From NCBI RefSeq assembly GCF_009914755.1, contig NC_060925.1: a stretch of DNA of 64,000 nt; one strand, written 5' to 3'. Each line of letters opens with the position of its first letter. The stretch's first letter is position 1. The notes under the pieces are model-generated. The model did not search any database, was not told where the DNA came from, and saw only the letters and a list, made by a program, of their open reading frames with translations. Shown here piece by piece: positions 41,132 to 56,085 of the stretch. Position numbers and translations under genes: made by a program. The stretch is from the human T2T-CHM13v2.0 reference genome, Homo sapiens.

Positions 41132-43852
41132 CTAGCAGAATATGAAGAAATCCCGTTTCCAACGAAGGCCTCAAGGAGGTCTGAATATCCACTTGCAGAC
41201 TTTACAAACAGAGTGTTTCCTAACTGCTCTATGAACAGAAAGGTTCAACTCTGTGAGTTGAACGCACACATCACAAAGGAGTTTCTGAGAATCATTCTGT
41301 CTAGTCTTTATACGAAGATATTTACTTTTCTACCATTGACCTCAAAGCGGCTGAAATCTCCACTTGGAAATTCCACAAAAAGAGTGTTTCAAGTCTGCTC
41401 TGTGTAAAGGATCATTCAACTCTGTGAGTTGAATAAACACAACACAAGGAAGTTACTGAGAATTCTTCTGTCTAGCAGAATATGAAGAAATCCCGTTTCC
41501 AACGAAGGCCTCAAGGAGGTCTGAATATCCACTTGCAGACTTTACAAACAGAGTGTTTCCTAACTGCTCTATGAAAAGAAAGGTTAAACTCTGTGAGTTG
41601 AACGCACACATCACAAAGGAGTTTATGAGAATCATTCTGTCTAGTTTCTATAAGAAGATATTTCCTATTCTACCATTGACCTCAAAGCGGCTGAAATCTC
41701 CACTTGCAAATTCGACAAACAGAGTGTTTCAAGCCTGCTCTCTGTAAAGGATCCTTCAACTCTGTGAGTTGAATACACACAACACAAGGAAGTTACTGAG
41801 AATTATTCTGTCTAGCATAATATGAAGAAATCCCGTTTCCAACGAAGGCCTCAAAGAGGTCTGAATATCCACTTGCAGACTTTACAAACAGAGTGTTTCC
41901 TAACTGCTCTATGAGAAGAAAAGTTAAACTCTGTGAGTTGAACGCACACATCACAAAAGATTTTCTGAGAATCATTCTGTCTAGTCTTTATATGAAGATA
42001 GTTTCCTTTTCTACCATTGACCTCAAAGCGGCTGAAATCTCCACTTGCAAATTCCACAAAAAGAGTGTTTCAAGTCTGCTCTGTGTAAAGGATCGTTCAA
42101 CTCTGTGAGTTGAATACACACAACACAAGGAAGTTACTGAGAATTCTTCTGTCTAGCAGAATAGGAAGAAATCCCGTTTCCAACGAAGGCCACAAGATGT
42201 CAGAATATCCACTTACAGACTTTACAAACAGAGTGTTTCCTAACTGCTCTATGAACAGAAAGGTTAAACTCTGTGAGTTGAACGAACACATCACAACGCA
42301 GTTTGTGGGAATGATTCTGTCTAGTTTTGAAACGAAGATATTTCCTTTTCTGCCGTTGACCTTAAAGCGCTTGAAATCTACACTTGCAAATTGCACAAAT
42401 AGAGTGTTTCAAATCTGCTCTGTCTAAGGGAACGTTCAACTCTGTGAGTTGAATGCACACAACACAAGGAAGTTACTGGGAATTCTTCTGTCTAGCCTTA
42501 CATGAAAAAAAACCCGTTTCCAACGAAGGCCTCTAAGTGGTCAAAATATCCACGTGCAGACTTTACAAACAGAGTGTTTCCAAACCGCTGAATGAAAAGA
42601 AAAGTTAAACTCTGAGAGTTGAACGCACACATCACGCAGCAGTTTCTGAGAATGATTCTGTCTAGTTTTTATACGAAGATATTTCCTTTTCTGCCCTTGG
42701 CCCCAAAGCGCTTGAAATCTCCACTTGCATATTCCACAAAAACAGTGTTTCAAATCTGCTCTCTCTAAATGAAAGTTCAACTCTGTCAGTTGAATACACA
42801 CAACACAAGGAAGTTACTGAGAATTCTTCTGTCTAGCAGAATATGAAGAAATCCCGTTTCCAACGAAGGCCTCAAAGGGGTCTGAATATCCACTTGCAGA
42901 CTTTAAAAACAGAGTGTTTACTAACTGTTCTATGAAAAGAAAGGTTAAACTCTGTGAGTTGAACACACACATCACAAAGGAGTTTCTGAGAATCATTCTG
43001 CCTAGTTTTTCTACGAAGATATTTCCTTTTCTACTATTGACCTCAAAGCGGCTGAAATCTCCACTTGCAAATTCCACAAAAAGAGTGTTTCAAGTCTGCT
43101 CTGTGTAAAGGATCGTTCAACTCTGTGAGTTGAATACACACAACACAAGGAAGTTACTGAGAATTCTTCTATCTAGCAGAATATGAAGAAATCCCGTTTC
43201 CAACGAAGGCCTCAAAGAGGTCTGAATATCCACTTGCAGACTTTACAAACAGAGTGTTTCCTAACTGCTCTATGAAAAGAAAGGTTAAACTCTGTGAGTT
43301 GAACGCACACATCACAAAGGAGTTTCTGAGAATCATTCTGTCTAGTTTCTATAGGAAGATATTTCCTATTCTACCATTGACCTCAAAGCGGCTGAAATCT
43401 CCACTTGCAAATTCCACAAAAAGAGTGTTTCAAGTCTGCTCTGTGTAAAGGATCGTTCAACTCTGTGAGTTGAATACACACAACACAAGGAAGTTACTGA
43501 GAATTCTTCTGTCTAGCAGAATATGAAGAAATCCCGTTTCCAACGAAGGCCTCAAGGAGGTCTGAATATCCACTTGCAGACTTTACAAACAGAGTGTTTC
43601 CTAAGTGCTCTATGAACAGAAAGGTTAAACTCTGTGAGGTGAACGCACACATCACAAAGGAGTTTCTGAGAATCATTCTGTCTAGTCTTTATACGAAGAT
43701 ATTTCCTTTTCTACCATTGACCTCAAAGCGGCTTAAATCTCCACTTGCAAATTCCACAAAAAGAGTGTTTCAAGTCTGCTCTGTGTAAAGGATCGTTCAA
43801 CTCTGTGAGTGGAATACACACAACACAAGGAAGTTACGGAGAATTCTTCTGT

Positions 43853-46565
43853 CTAGCAGAATATGAAGAAATCCCGTTTCCAACGAAGGCCACAAGATGT
43901 CAGAGTATCCACTTACAGACTTTACAGAGTGTTTCCTAACTGCTCTATGAACAGAAAGGTTAAACTCTGTGAGTTGAACGAACACATCACAACGCAGTTT
44001 GTGGGAATGATTCTGTCTAGTTTTGAAACGAAGATATTTCCTTTTCTGCCGTTGACCTTAAAGCGCTTGAAATCTACACTTGCAAATTGCACAAATAGAG
44101 TGTTTCAAATCTGCTCTGTCTAAGGGAACGTTCAACTCTGTGAGTTGAATGCACACAACACAAGGAAGTTACTGGGAATTCTTCTGTCTAGCCTTACATG
44201 AAAAAAAACCCGTTTCCAACGAAGGCCTCTAAGTGGTCAAAATATCCACGTGCAGACTTTACAAACAGAGTGTTTCCAAACCGCTGAATGAAAAGAAAAG
44301 TTAAACTCTGAGAGTTGAACGCACACATCACGCAGCAGTTTCTGAGAATGATTCTGTCTAGTTTTTATACGAAGATATTTCCTTTTCTGCCTTTGGCCCC
44401 AAAGCGCTTGAAATCTCCACTTGCAAATTCCACAAAAACAGTGTTTCAAATCTGCTCTCTCTAAATGAAAGTTCAACTCTGTCAGTTGAATACACACAAC
44501 ACAAGGCAGTTACTGAGAATTCTTCTGTCTAGCATAATATGAAGAAATCCCGTTTCCAACGAAGGCCTCAAAGGGGTCTGAATATCCACTTGCAGACTTT
44601 ATAAACAGAGTGTTTACTAACTGCTCTAGGAAAAGAAAGGTTAAACTCTGTGAGTTGAACACACACATCACAAAGGAGTTTCTGAGAATCATTCTGTCTA
44701 GTTTTTCTACGAAGATATTTCCTTTTCTACTATTGACCTCAAAGCGGCTGAAATCTCCACTTGCAAATTCCACAAAAAGAGTGTTTCAAGTCTGCTCTGT
44801 GTAAAGGATCGTTCAACTCTGTGAGTTGAATACACACAACACAAGGAAGTTACTGAGAATTCTTCTGTCTAGCAGAATATGAAGAAATCCCGTTTCCAAC
44901 GAAGGCCTCAAAGAGGTCTGAATATCCACTTGCAGACTTTACAAACAGAGTGTTTCCTAACTGCTCTATGAAAAGAAAGGTTAAACTCTGTGAGTTGAAC
45001 GCACACATCACAAAGGAGTTTCTGAGAATCGTTCTGTCTAGTTTCTATAGGAAGATATTTCCTATTCTACCATTGACCTCAAAGCGGCTGAAATCTCCAC
45101 TTGCAAATTCCACAAAAAGAGTGTTTCAAGTCTGCTCTGTGTAAAGGATCGTTCAACTCTGTGAGTTGAATACACACAACACAAGGAAGTTACTGAGAAT
45201 TATTCTGTCTAGCATAATATGAAGAAATCCCGTTTCCAACGAAGGCCTCAAAGAGGTCTGAATATCCACTTGCAGACTTTACAGAGTGTTTCCTAACTGC
45301 TCTATGAACAGAAAAGTTAAACTCTGTGATTTGAACGCACACATCACAAAGGAGTTTATGAGAATCATTCTGTCTAGTCTTTATACGAAGATATTTCCTT
45401 TTCTACCATTGACCTCAAAGCGGCTGAAATCTCCACTTGCAAATTCCACAAAAAGAGTGTTTCAAGTCTGCTCTGTGTAAAGGATCGTTCAACTCTGTGA
45501 GTTGAATACACACAACACAAGGAAGTTACTGAGAATTCTTCTGTCTAGCAGAATATGAAGAAATCCCGTTTCCAACGAAGGCCTCAAGGAGGTCTGAATA
45601 TCCACTTGCAGACTTTACAAACAGAGTGTTTCCTAACTGCTCTATGAACAGAAAGGTTAAACTCTGTGAGTTGAACGCACACATCACAAAGGAGTTTCTG
45701 AGAATCATTCTGTCTAGTCTTTATACGATGATATTTACTTTTCTACCATTGACCTCAAAGTGGCTGAAATCTCCACTTGCAAATTCCACAAAAAGAGTGT
45801 TTCAAGTCTGCTCTGTGTAAAGGATCATTCAACTCTGTGAGTTGAATAAACACAACACAAGGAAGTTACTGAGAATTCTTCTGTCTAGCAGAATATGAAG
45901 AAATCCCGTTTCCAACGAAGGCCTCAAGGAGGTCTGAATATCCACTTGCAGACTTTACAAACAGAGTGTTTCCTAACTGTTCTATGAACAGAAAGGATAA
46001 ACTCTGTGAGTTGAACGCACACATCACAAAGGAGTTTATGAGAATCATTCTGTCTTGTTTCTATAAGAAGATATTTCCTATTCTACCATTGACCTCAAAG
46101 CGGCTGAAATCTCCACTTGCAAATTCGACAAACAGAGTGTTTCAAGCCTGCTCTCTGTAAAGGATCCTTCAACTCTGTGAGTTGAATACACACAACACAA
46201 GGAAGTTACTGAGAATTATTCTGTCTAGCATAATATGAAGAAATCCCGTTTCCAACGAAGGCCTCAAAGAGGTCTGAATATCCACTTGCAGACTTTACAA
46301 ACAGAGTGTTTCCTAACTGCTCTATGAGAAGAAAAGTTAAACTCTGTGAGTTGAACGCACACATCACAAAAGATTTTCTGAGAATCATTCTGTCTAGTCT
46401 TTATATGAAGATAGTTTCCTTTTCTACCATTGACCTCAAAGCGGCTGAAATCTCCACTTGCAAATTCCACAAAAAGAGTGTTTCAAGTCTGCTCTGTGTA
46501 AAGGATCGTTCAACTCTGTGAGTTGAATACACACAACACAAGGAAGTTACTGAGAATTCTTCTGT
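43853..46565 (-). repeat. Complete 16-monomer HOR unit A-H with two 4-bp deletions, 2713 bp
   Basis: Ordered A-H diagnostics. TTTACAGAGTG replaces TTTACAAACAGAGTG at ~43924 and ~45281, and B carries an 8-A tract. Confidence 0.88.
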
Positions 46566-49500
46566 CTAGCAGAATAGGAAGAAATCCCGTTTCCAACGAA
46601 GGCCACAAGATGTCAGAATATCCACTTACAGACTTTACAAACAGAGTGTTTCCTAACTGCTCTATGAACAGAAAGGTTAAACTCTGTGAGTTGAACGAAC
46701 ACATCACAACGCAGTTTGTGGGAATGATTCTGTCTAGTTTTGAAAGGAAGATATTTCCTTTTCTGCCGTTGACCTTAAAGCGCTTGAAATCTACACTTGC
46801 AAATTGCACAAATAGAGTGTTTCAAATCTGCTCTGTCTAAGGGAACGTTCAACTCTGTGAGTTGAATGCACACAACACAAGGAAGTTACTGGGAATTCTT
46901 CTGTCTAGCCTTACATGAAAAAAACCCGTTTCCAACGAAGGCCTCTAAGTGGTCAAAATATCCACGTGCAGACTTTACAAACAGAGTGTTTCCAAACCGC
47001 TGAATGAAAAGAAAAGTTAAACTCTGAGAGTTGAACGCACACATCACGCAGCAGTTTCTGAGAATGATTCTGTCTAGTTTTTATACGAAGATATTTCCTT
47101 TTCTGCCTTTGGCCCCAAAGCGCTTGAAATCTCCACTTGCAAATTCCACAAAAACAGTGTTTCAAATCTGCTCTCTCTAAATGAAAGTTCAACTCTGTCA
47201 GTTGAATACACACAACACAAGGAAGTTACTGAGAATTCTTCTGTCTAGCAGTATATGAAGAAATCCCGTTTCCAACGAAGGCCTCAAAGGGGTCTGAATA
47301 TCCACTTGCAGACTTTATAAACAGAGTGTTTACTAACTGCTCTATGAAAAGAAAGGTTAAACTCTGTGAGTTGAACACACACATCACAAAGGAGTTTCTG
47401 AGAATCATTCTGTCAAGTTTTTCTACGAAGATATTTCCTTTCCTACTATTGACCTCAAAGCGGCTGAAATCTCCACTTGCAAATTCCACAAAAAGAGTGT
47501 TTCAAGTCTGCTCTGTGTAAAGGATCGTTCAACTCTGTGAGTTGAATACACACAACACAAGGAAGTTACTGAGAATTCTTCTGTCTAGCAGAATAGGAAG
47601 AAATCCCGTTTCCAACGAAGGCCTCAAAGAGGTCTGAATATCAACGTGCAGACTTTTCAAACAGAGTGTTTCCTAACTGCTCTATGAAAAGAAAGGTTAA
47701 ACTCTGTGAGTTGAACGCACACATCACAAAGGAGTTTCTGAGAATCGTTCTGTCTGGTTTCTATAGGAAGATATTTCCTATTCTACCATTGACCTCAAAG
47801 CGGCTGAAATCTCCACTTGCAAATTCCACAAAAAGAGTGTTTCAAGTCTGCTCTGTGTAAAGGATCGTTCAACTCTGTGAGTTGAATACACACAACACAA
47901 GGAAGTTACTGAGAATTCTTCTGTCTAGCAGAATATGAAGAAATCCCGTTTCCAACGAAGGCCTCAAGGAGGTCTGAATATCCACTTGCAGACTTTACAA
48001 ACAGAGTGTTTCCTAACTGCTCTATGAACAGAAAGGTTAAACTCTGTGAGTTGAACGCACACATCACAAAGGAGTTTCTGAGAATCATTCTGTCTAGTCT
48101 TTATACGAAGATATTTACTTTTCTACCATTGACCTCAAAGCGGCTGAAATCTCCACTTGCAAATTCCACAAAAAGAGTGTTTCAAGTCTGCTCTGTGTAA
48201 AGGATCATTCAACTCTGTGAGTTGAATACACACAACACAAGGAAGTTACTGAGAATTCTTCTGTCTAGCAGAATATGAAGAAATCCCGTTTCCAACGAAG
48301 GCCTCAAGGAGGTCTGAATATCCACTTGCAGACTTTACAAACAGAGTGTTTCCTAACTGCTCTATGAACAGAAAGGTTAAACTATGTGAGTTGAACGCAC
48401 ACATCACAAAGGAGTTTATGAGAATCATTCTGTCTAGTTTCTATAAGAAGATATTTCCTATTCTACCATTGACCTCAAAGCGGCTGAAATCTCCACTTGC
48501 AAATTCGACAAACAGAGTGTTTCAAGCCTGCTCTCTGTAAAGGATCCTTCAACTCTGTGAGTTGAATACACACAACACAAGGAAGTTACTGAGAATTATT
48601 CTGTCTAGCAGAATATGAACAAATCCCGTTTCCAACGAAGGCCTCAAAGGGGTCTGAATATCCACTTGCAGACTTTATAAACAGAGTGTTTACTAACTGC
48701 TCTATGAAAAGAAAGGTTAAACTCTGTGAGTTGAACACACACATCACAAAGGAGTTTCTGAGAATCATTCTGTCTAGTTTTTCTACGAAGATATTTCCTT
48801 TTCTACTATTGACCTCAAAGCGGCTGAAATCTCCACTTGCAAATTCCACAAAAAGAGTGTTTCAAGTCTGCTCTGTGTAAAGGATCGTTCAACTCTGTGA
48901 GTTGAATACACACAACACAAGGAAGTTACTGAGAATTCTTCTGTCTAGCAGAATAGGAAGAAATCCCGTTTCCAACGAAGGCCTCAAAGAGGTCTGAATA
49001 TCCACGTGCAGACTTTTCAAACAGAGTGTTTCCTAACTGCTCTATGAAAAGAAAGGTTAAACTCTGTGAGTTGAACGCACACATCACAAAGGAGTTTCTG
49101 AGAATCGTTCTGTCTAGTTTCTATAGGAAGATATTTCCTATTCTACCATTGACCTCAAAGCGGCTGAAATCTCCACTTGCAAATTCCACAAAAAGAGTGT
49201 TTCAAGTCTGCTCTGTGTAAAGGATCGTTCAACTCTGTGAGTTGAATACACACAACACAAGGAAGTTACTGAGAATTCTTCTGTCTAGCAGAATATGAAG
49301 AAATCCCGTTTCCAACGAAGGCCTCAAGGAGGTCTGAATATCCACTTGCAGACTTTACAAACAGAGTGTTTCCTAACTGCTCTATGAACAGAAAGGTTAA
49401 ACTCTGTGAGTTGAACGCACACATCACAAAGGAGTTTCTGAGAATCATTCTGTCTAGTCTTTATACGAAGATATTTACTTTTCTACCATTGACCTCAAAG

Positions 49501-52500
49501 CGGCTGAAATCTCCACTTGCAAATTCCACAAAAAGAGTGTTTCAAGTCTGCTCTGTGTAAAGGATCATTCAAATCTGTGAGTTGAATAAACACAACACAA
49601 GGAAGTTACTGAGAATTCTTCTGTCTAGCAGAATATGAAGAAATCCCGTTTCCAACGAAGGCCTCAAGGAGGTCTGAATATCCACTTGCAGACTTTACAA
49701 ACAGAGTGTTTCCTAACTGCTCTATGAACAGAAAGGTTAAACTCTGTGAGTTGAACGCACACATCACAAAGGAGTTTATGAGAATCATTCTGTCTAGTTT
49801 CTATAAGAAGATATTTCCTATTCTACCATTGACCTCAAAGCGGCTGAAATCTCCACTTGCAAATTCGACAAAAAGAGTGTTTCAAGCCTGCTCTCTGTAA
49901 AGGATCCTTCAACTCTGTGAGTTGAATACACACAACACAAGGAAGTTACTGAGAATTATTCTGTCTAGCATAATATGAAGAAATCCCGTTTCCAACGAAG
50001 GCCTCAAAGAGGTCTGAATATCCACTTGCAGACTTTACAAACAGAGTGTTTCCTAACTGCTCTATGAGAAGAAATGTTAAACTCTGTGAGTTGAACGCAC
50101 ACATCACAACGCAGTTTGTGGGAATGATTCTGTCTAGTTTTGAAAGGAAGATATTTCCTTTTCTGCCGTTGACCTTAAAGCGCTTGAAATCTACACTTGC
50201 AAATTGCACAAATAGGCTGTTTCAAATCTGCTCTGTCTAAGGGAACGTTCAACTCTGTGAGTTGAATGCACACAACACAAGGAAGTTACTGGGAATTCTT
50301 CTGCCTAGCCTTACATGAAAAAAACCCGTTTCCAACGAAGGCCTCTAAGTGGTCAAAATATCCACGTGCAGACTTTACAAACAGAGTGTTTCAGAACCGC
50401 TGAATGAAAAGAAAAGTTAAACTCTGAGAGTTGAACGCACACATCACGCAGCAGTTTCTGAGAATGATTCTGTCTAGTTTTTATACGAAGATATTTCCTT
50501 TTCTGCCTTTGGCCCCAAAGCGCTTGAAATCTCCACTTGCAAATTCCACAAAAACAGTGTTTCAAATCTGCTCTCTCTAAATGAAAGTTCAACTCTGTCA
50601 GTTGAATACACACAACACAAGGAAGTTACTGAGAATTCTTCTGTCTAGCATAATATGAAGAAATCCCGTTTCCAACGAAGGCCTCCAAGGGGTCTGAATA
50701 TCCACTTGCAGACTTTATAAACAGAGTGTTTACTAACTGCTCTATGAAAAGAAAGGTTAAACTCTGTGAGTTGAACACACACATCACAAAGGAGTTTCTG
50801 AGAATCATTCTGTCTAGTTTTTCTACGAAGATATTTCCTTTTCTACTATTGACCTCAAAGCGGCTGAAATCTCCACTTGCAAATTCCACAAAAAGAGTGT
50901 TTCAAGTCTGCTCTGTGTAAAGGATCGTTCAACTCTGTGAGTTGAATACACACAACACAAGGAAGTTACTGAGAATTCTTCTGTCTAGCAGAATAGGAAG
51001 AAATCCCGTTTCCAACGAAGGCCTCAAAGAGGTCTGAATATCCACTTGCAGACTTTACAAACAGAGTGTTTCCTAACTGCTCTATGAAAAGAAAAGTTAA
51101 ACTCTGTGAGTTGAACGCACACATCACAAAGGAGTTTCTGAGAATCGTTCTGTCTAGTTTCTATAGGAAGATATTTCCTATTCTACCATTGACCTCAAAG
51201 CGGCTGAAATCTCCAGTTGCAAATTCCACAAAAAGAATGTTTCAAGTCTGCTCTGTGTAAAGGATCGTTCAACTCTGTGAGTTGAATACACACAACACAA
51301 GGAAGTTACTGAGAATTCTTCTGTCTAGCAGAATATGAAGAAATCCCGTTTCCAACGAAGGCCTCAAGGAGGTCTGAATATCCACTTGCAGACTTTTCAA
51401 ACAGAGTGTTTCCTAACTGCTCTATGAAAAGTAAGGTTAAACTCTGTGAGTTGAACGCACACATCACAAAGGAGTTTATGAGAATCATTCTGTCTAGTTT
51501 CTATAAGAAGCTATTTCCTATTCTACCATTGACCTCAAAGCGGCTGAAATCTCCACTTGCAAATTCGACAAAAAGAGTGTTTCAAGCCTGCTCTCTGTAA
51601 AGGATCCTTCAACTCTGTGAGTTGAATACACACAACACAAGGAAGTTACTGAGAATTATTCTGTCTAGCATAATATGAAGAAATCCCGTTTCCAACGAAG
51701 GCCTCAAAGAGGTCTGAATATCCACTTGCAGACTTTACAAACAGAGTGTTTCCTAACTGCTCTATGAGAAGAAAAGTTAAACTCTGTGAGTTGAACGCAC
51801 ACATCACAAAAGATTTTCTGAGAATCATTCTGTCTAGTCTTTATATGAAGATAGTTTCGTTTTCTACCATTGACCTCAAAGCGGCTGAAATCTCCACTTG
51901 CAAATTCCACAAAAAGAGTGTTTCAAGTCTGCTCTGTGTAAAGGATCGTTCAACTCTGTGAGTTGAATACACACAACACAAGGAAGTTACTGAGAATTCT
52001 TCTGTCTAGCAGAATATGAAGAAATCCCGTTTCCAACGAAGGCCACAAGATGTCAGAATATCCACTTACAGACTTTACAAACAGAGTGTTTCCTAACTGC
52101 TCTATGAACAGAAAGGTTAAACTCTGTGAGTTGAACGAACACATCACAACGCAGTTTGTGGGAATGATTCTGTCTAGTTTTGAAACGAAGATATTTCCTT
52201 TTCTGCCGTTGACCTTAAAGCGCTTGAAATCTACACTTGCAAATTGCACAAATAGAGTGTTTCAAATCTGCTCTGTCTAAGGGAACGTTCAACTCTGTGA
52301 GTTGAATGCACACAACACAAGGAAGTTACTGGGAATTCTTCTGTCTAGCCTTACATGAAAAAAACCCGTTTCCAACGAAGGCCTCTAAGTGGTCAAAATA
52401 TCCACGTGCAGACTTTACAAACAGAGTGTTTCCAAACCGCTGAATGAAAAGAAAAGTTAAACTCTGAGAGTTGAACGCACACATCACGCAGCATATTCTG

Positions 52501-55500
52501 AGAATGATTCTGTCTAGTTTTTATACGAAGATATTTCCTTTTCTGCCTTTGGCCCCAAAGCGCTTGAAATCTCCACTTGCAAATTCCACAAAAACAGTGT
52601 TTCAAATCTGCTCTCTCTAAATGAAAGTTCAACTCTGTCAGTTGAATACACACAACACAAGGAAGTTACTGAGAATTCTTCTGTCTAGCATAATATGAAG
52701 AAATCCCGTTTCCAACGAAGGCCTCAAAGGGGTCTGAATATCCACTTGCAGACTTTATAAACAGAGTGTTTACTAACTGCTCTATGAAAAGAAAGGTTAA
52801 ACTCTGTGAGTTGAACACACACATCACAAAGGAGTTTCTGAGAATCATTCTGCCTAGTTTTTCTACGAAGATATTTCCTTTTCTACTATTGACCTCAAAG
52901 CGGCTGAAATCTCCACTTGCAAATTCCACAAAAAGAGTGTTTCAAGTCTGCTCTGTGTAAAGGATCGTTCAACTCTGTGAGTAGAATACACACAACACAA
53001 GGAAGTTACTGAGAATTCTTCTGTCTAGCAGAATATGAAGAAATCCCGTTTCCAACGAAGGCCTCAAAGATGTCTGAATATCCACTTGCAGACTTTACAA
53101 ACAGAGTGTTTCCTAACTGCTCTATGAAAAGAAAGGTTAAACTCTGTGAGTTGAACGCACACATCACAAAGGAGTTTCTGAGAATCATTCTGTCTAGTTT
53201 CTATAGGAAGATATTTCCTATTCTACCATTGACCTCAAAGCGGCAGAAATCTCCACTTGCAAATTCCACAAAAGGAGTGTTTCAAGTCTGCTCTGTGTAA
53301 AGGATCGTTCAACTCTGTGAGTTGAATACACACAACACAAGGAAGTTACTGAGAATTCTTCTGTCTAGCAGAATATGAAGAAATCCCGTTTCCAACGAAG
53401 GCCTCAAGGAGGTCTGAATATCCACTTGCAGACTTTACAAACAGAGTGTTTCCTAACTGCTCTATGAACAGAAAGGTTAAACTCTGTGAGTTGAACGCAC
53501 ACATCACAAAGGAGTTTCTGAGAATCATTCTGTCTAGTTTTTATACGAAGATATTTACTTTTCTACCATTGACCTCAAAGCGGCTGAAATCTCCACTTGC
53601 AAATTCCACAAAAAGAGTGTTTCAAGTCTGCTCTGTGTAAAGGATCATTCAACTCTGTGAGTTGAATAAACACAACACAAGGAAGTTACTGAGAATTCTT
53701 CTGTCTAGCAGAATATGAAGAAATCCCGTTTCCAACGAAGGCCTCAAGGAGGTCTGAATATCCACTTGCAGACTTTACAAACAGAGTGTTTCCTAACTGC
53801 TCTATGAACAGAAAGGTTAAACTCTGTGAGTTGAACGCACACATCACAAAGGAGTTTATGAGAATCATTCTGTCTAGTTTCTATAAGAAGATATTTCCTA
53901 TTCTAACATTGACCTCAAAGCGGCTGAAATCTGCACTTGCAAATTCGACAAAAAGAGTGTTTCAAGCCTGCTCTCTGTAAAGGATCCTTCAACTCTGTGA
54001 GTTGAATACACACAACACAAGGAAGTTACTGAGAATTATTCTGTCTAGCAGAATACGAAGAAATCCCGTTTCCAACGAAGGCCTCAAAGAGGTCTGAATA
54101 TCCACTTGCAGACTTTACAAACAGAGTGTTTCCTAACTGCTCTATGAGAAGAAAAGTTAAACTCTGTGAGTTGAACGCACACATCACAAAAGATTTTCTG
54201 AGAATCATTCTGTCTAGTCTTTATATGAAGATAGTTTCCTTTTCTACCATTGACCTCAAAGCGGCTGAAATCTCCACTTGCAAATTCCACAAAAAGAGTG
54301 TTTCAAGTCTGCTCTGTGTAAAGGATCGTTCAACTCTGTGAGTTGAATACACACAACACAAGGAAGTTACTGAGAATTCTTCTGTCTAGCAGAATATGAA
54401 GAAATCCCGTTTCCAACGAAGGCAACAAGATGTCAGAATATCCACTTACAGACTTTACAAACAGAGTGTTTCCTAACTGCTCTATGAACAGAAAGGTTAA
54501 ACTCTGTGAGTTGAACGAACACATCACAACGCAGTTTGTGGGAATGATTCTGTCTAGTTTTGAAACGAAGATATTTCCTTTTCTGCCGTTGACCTTAAAG
54601 CGCTTGAAATCTACACTTGCAAATTGCACAAATAGGCTGTTTCAAATCTGCTCTGTCTAAGGGAACGTTCAACTCTGTGAGTTGAATGCACACAACACAA
54701 GGAAGTTACTGGGAATTCTTCTGTCTAGCCTTACATGAAAAAAACCCGTTTCCAACGAAGGCCTCTAAGTGGTCAAAATATCCACGTGCAGACTTTACAA
54801 ACAGAGTGTTTCCAAACCGCTGAATGAAAAGAAAAGTTAAACTCTGAGAGTTGAACGCACACATCACGCAGCAGTTTCTGAGAATGATTCTGTCTAGTTT
54901 TTATACGAAGATATTTCCTTTTCTGCCTTTGGCCCCAAAGCGCTTGAAATCTCCACTTGCAAATTCCACAAAAACAGTGTTTCAAATCTGCTCTCTCTAA
55001 ATGAAAGTTCAACTCTGTCAGTTGAATACACACAACACAAGGAAGTTACTGAGAATTCTTCTGTCTAGCATAATATGAAGAAATCCCGTTTCCAACGAAG
55101 GCCTCAAAGGGGTCTGAATATCCACTTGCAGACTTTATAAACAGAGTGTTTACTAACTGCTCTATGAAAAGAAAGGTTAAACTCTGTGAGTTGAACACAC
55201 ACATCACAAAGGAGTTTCTGAGAATCATTCTGTCTAGTTTTTCTACGAAGATATTTCCTTTTCTACTATTGACCTCAAAGCGGCTGAAATCTCCACTTGC
55301 AAATTCCACAAAAAGAGTGTTTCAAGTCTGCTCTGTGTAAAGGATCGTTCAACTCTGTGAGTTGAATACACACAACACAAGGAAGTTACTGAGAATTCTT
55401 CTGTCTAGCAGAATATGAAGAAATCCCGTTTCCAACGAAGGCCTCAAGGAGGTCTGAATATCCACTTGCAGACTTTACAAACAGAGTGTTTCCTAACTGC

Positions 55501-56085
55501 TCTATGAACAGAAAGGTTAAACTCTGTGAGTTGAACGCACACATCACAAAGGAGTTTCTGAGAATCATTCTGTCTAGTCTTTATACGAAGATATTTACTT
55601 TTCTACCATTGACCTCAAAGCGGCTGAAATCTCCACTTGCAAATTCGACAAAAAGAGTGTTTCAAGCCTGCTCTCTGTAAAGGATCCTTCAACTCTGTGA
55701 GTTGAATACACACAACACAAGGAAGTTACTGAGAATTATTCTGTCTAGCATAATATGAAGATATCCCGTTTCCAACGAAGGCCTCAAAGAGGTCTGAATA
55801 TCCACTTGCAGACTTTACAAACAGAGTGTTTCCTAACTGCTCTATGAGAAGAAAAGTTAAACTCTGTGAGTTGAACGCACACATCACAAAAGATTTTCTG
55901 AGAATCATTCTGTCTAGTCTTTATATGAAGATAGTTTCCTTTTCTACCATTGACCTCAAAGCGGCTGAAATCTCCACTTGCAAATTCCACAAAAAGAGTG
56001 TTTCAAGTCTGCTCTGTGTAAAGGATCGTTCAACTCTGTGAGTTGAATACACACAACACAAGGAAGTTACTGAGAATTCTTCTGT

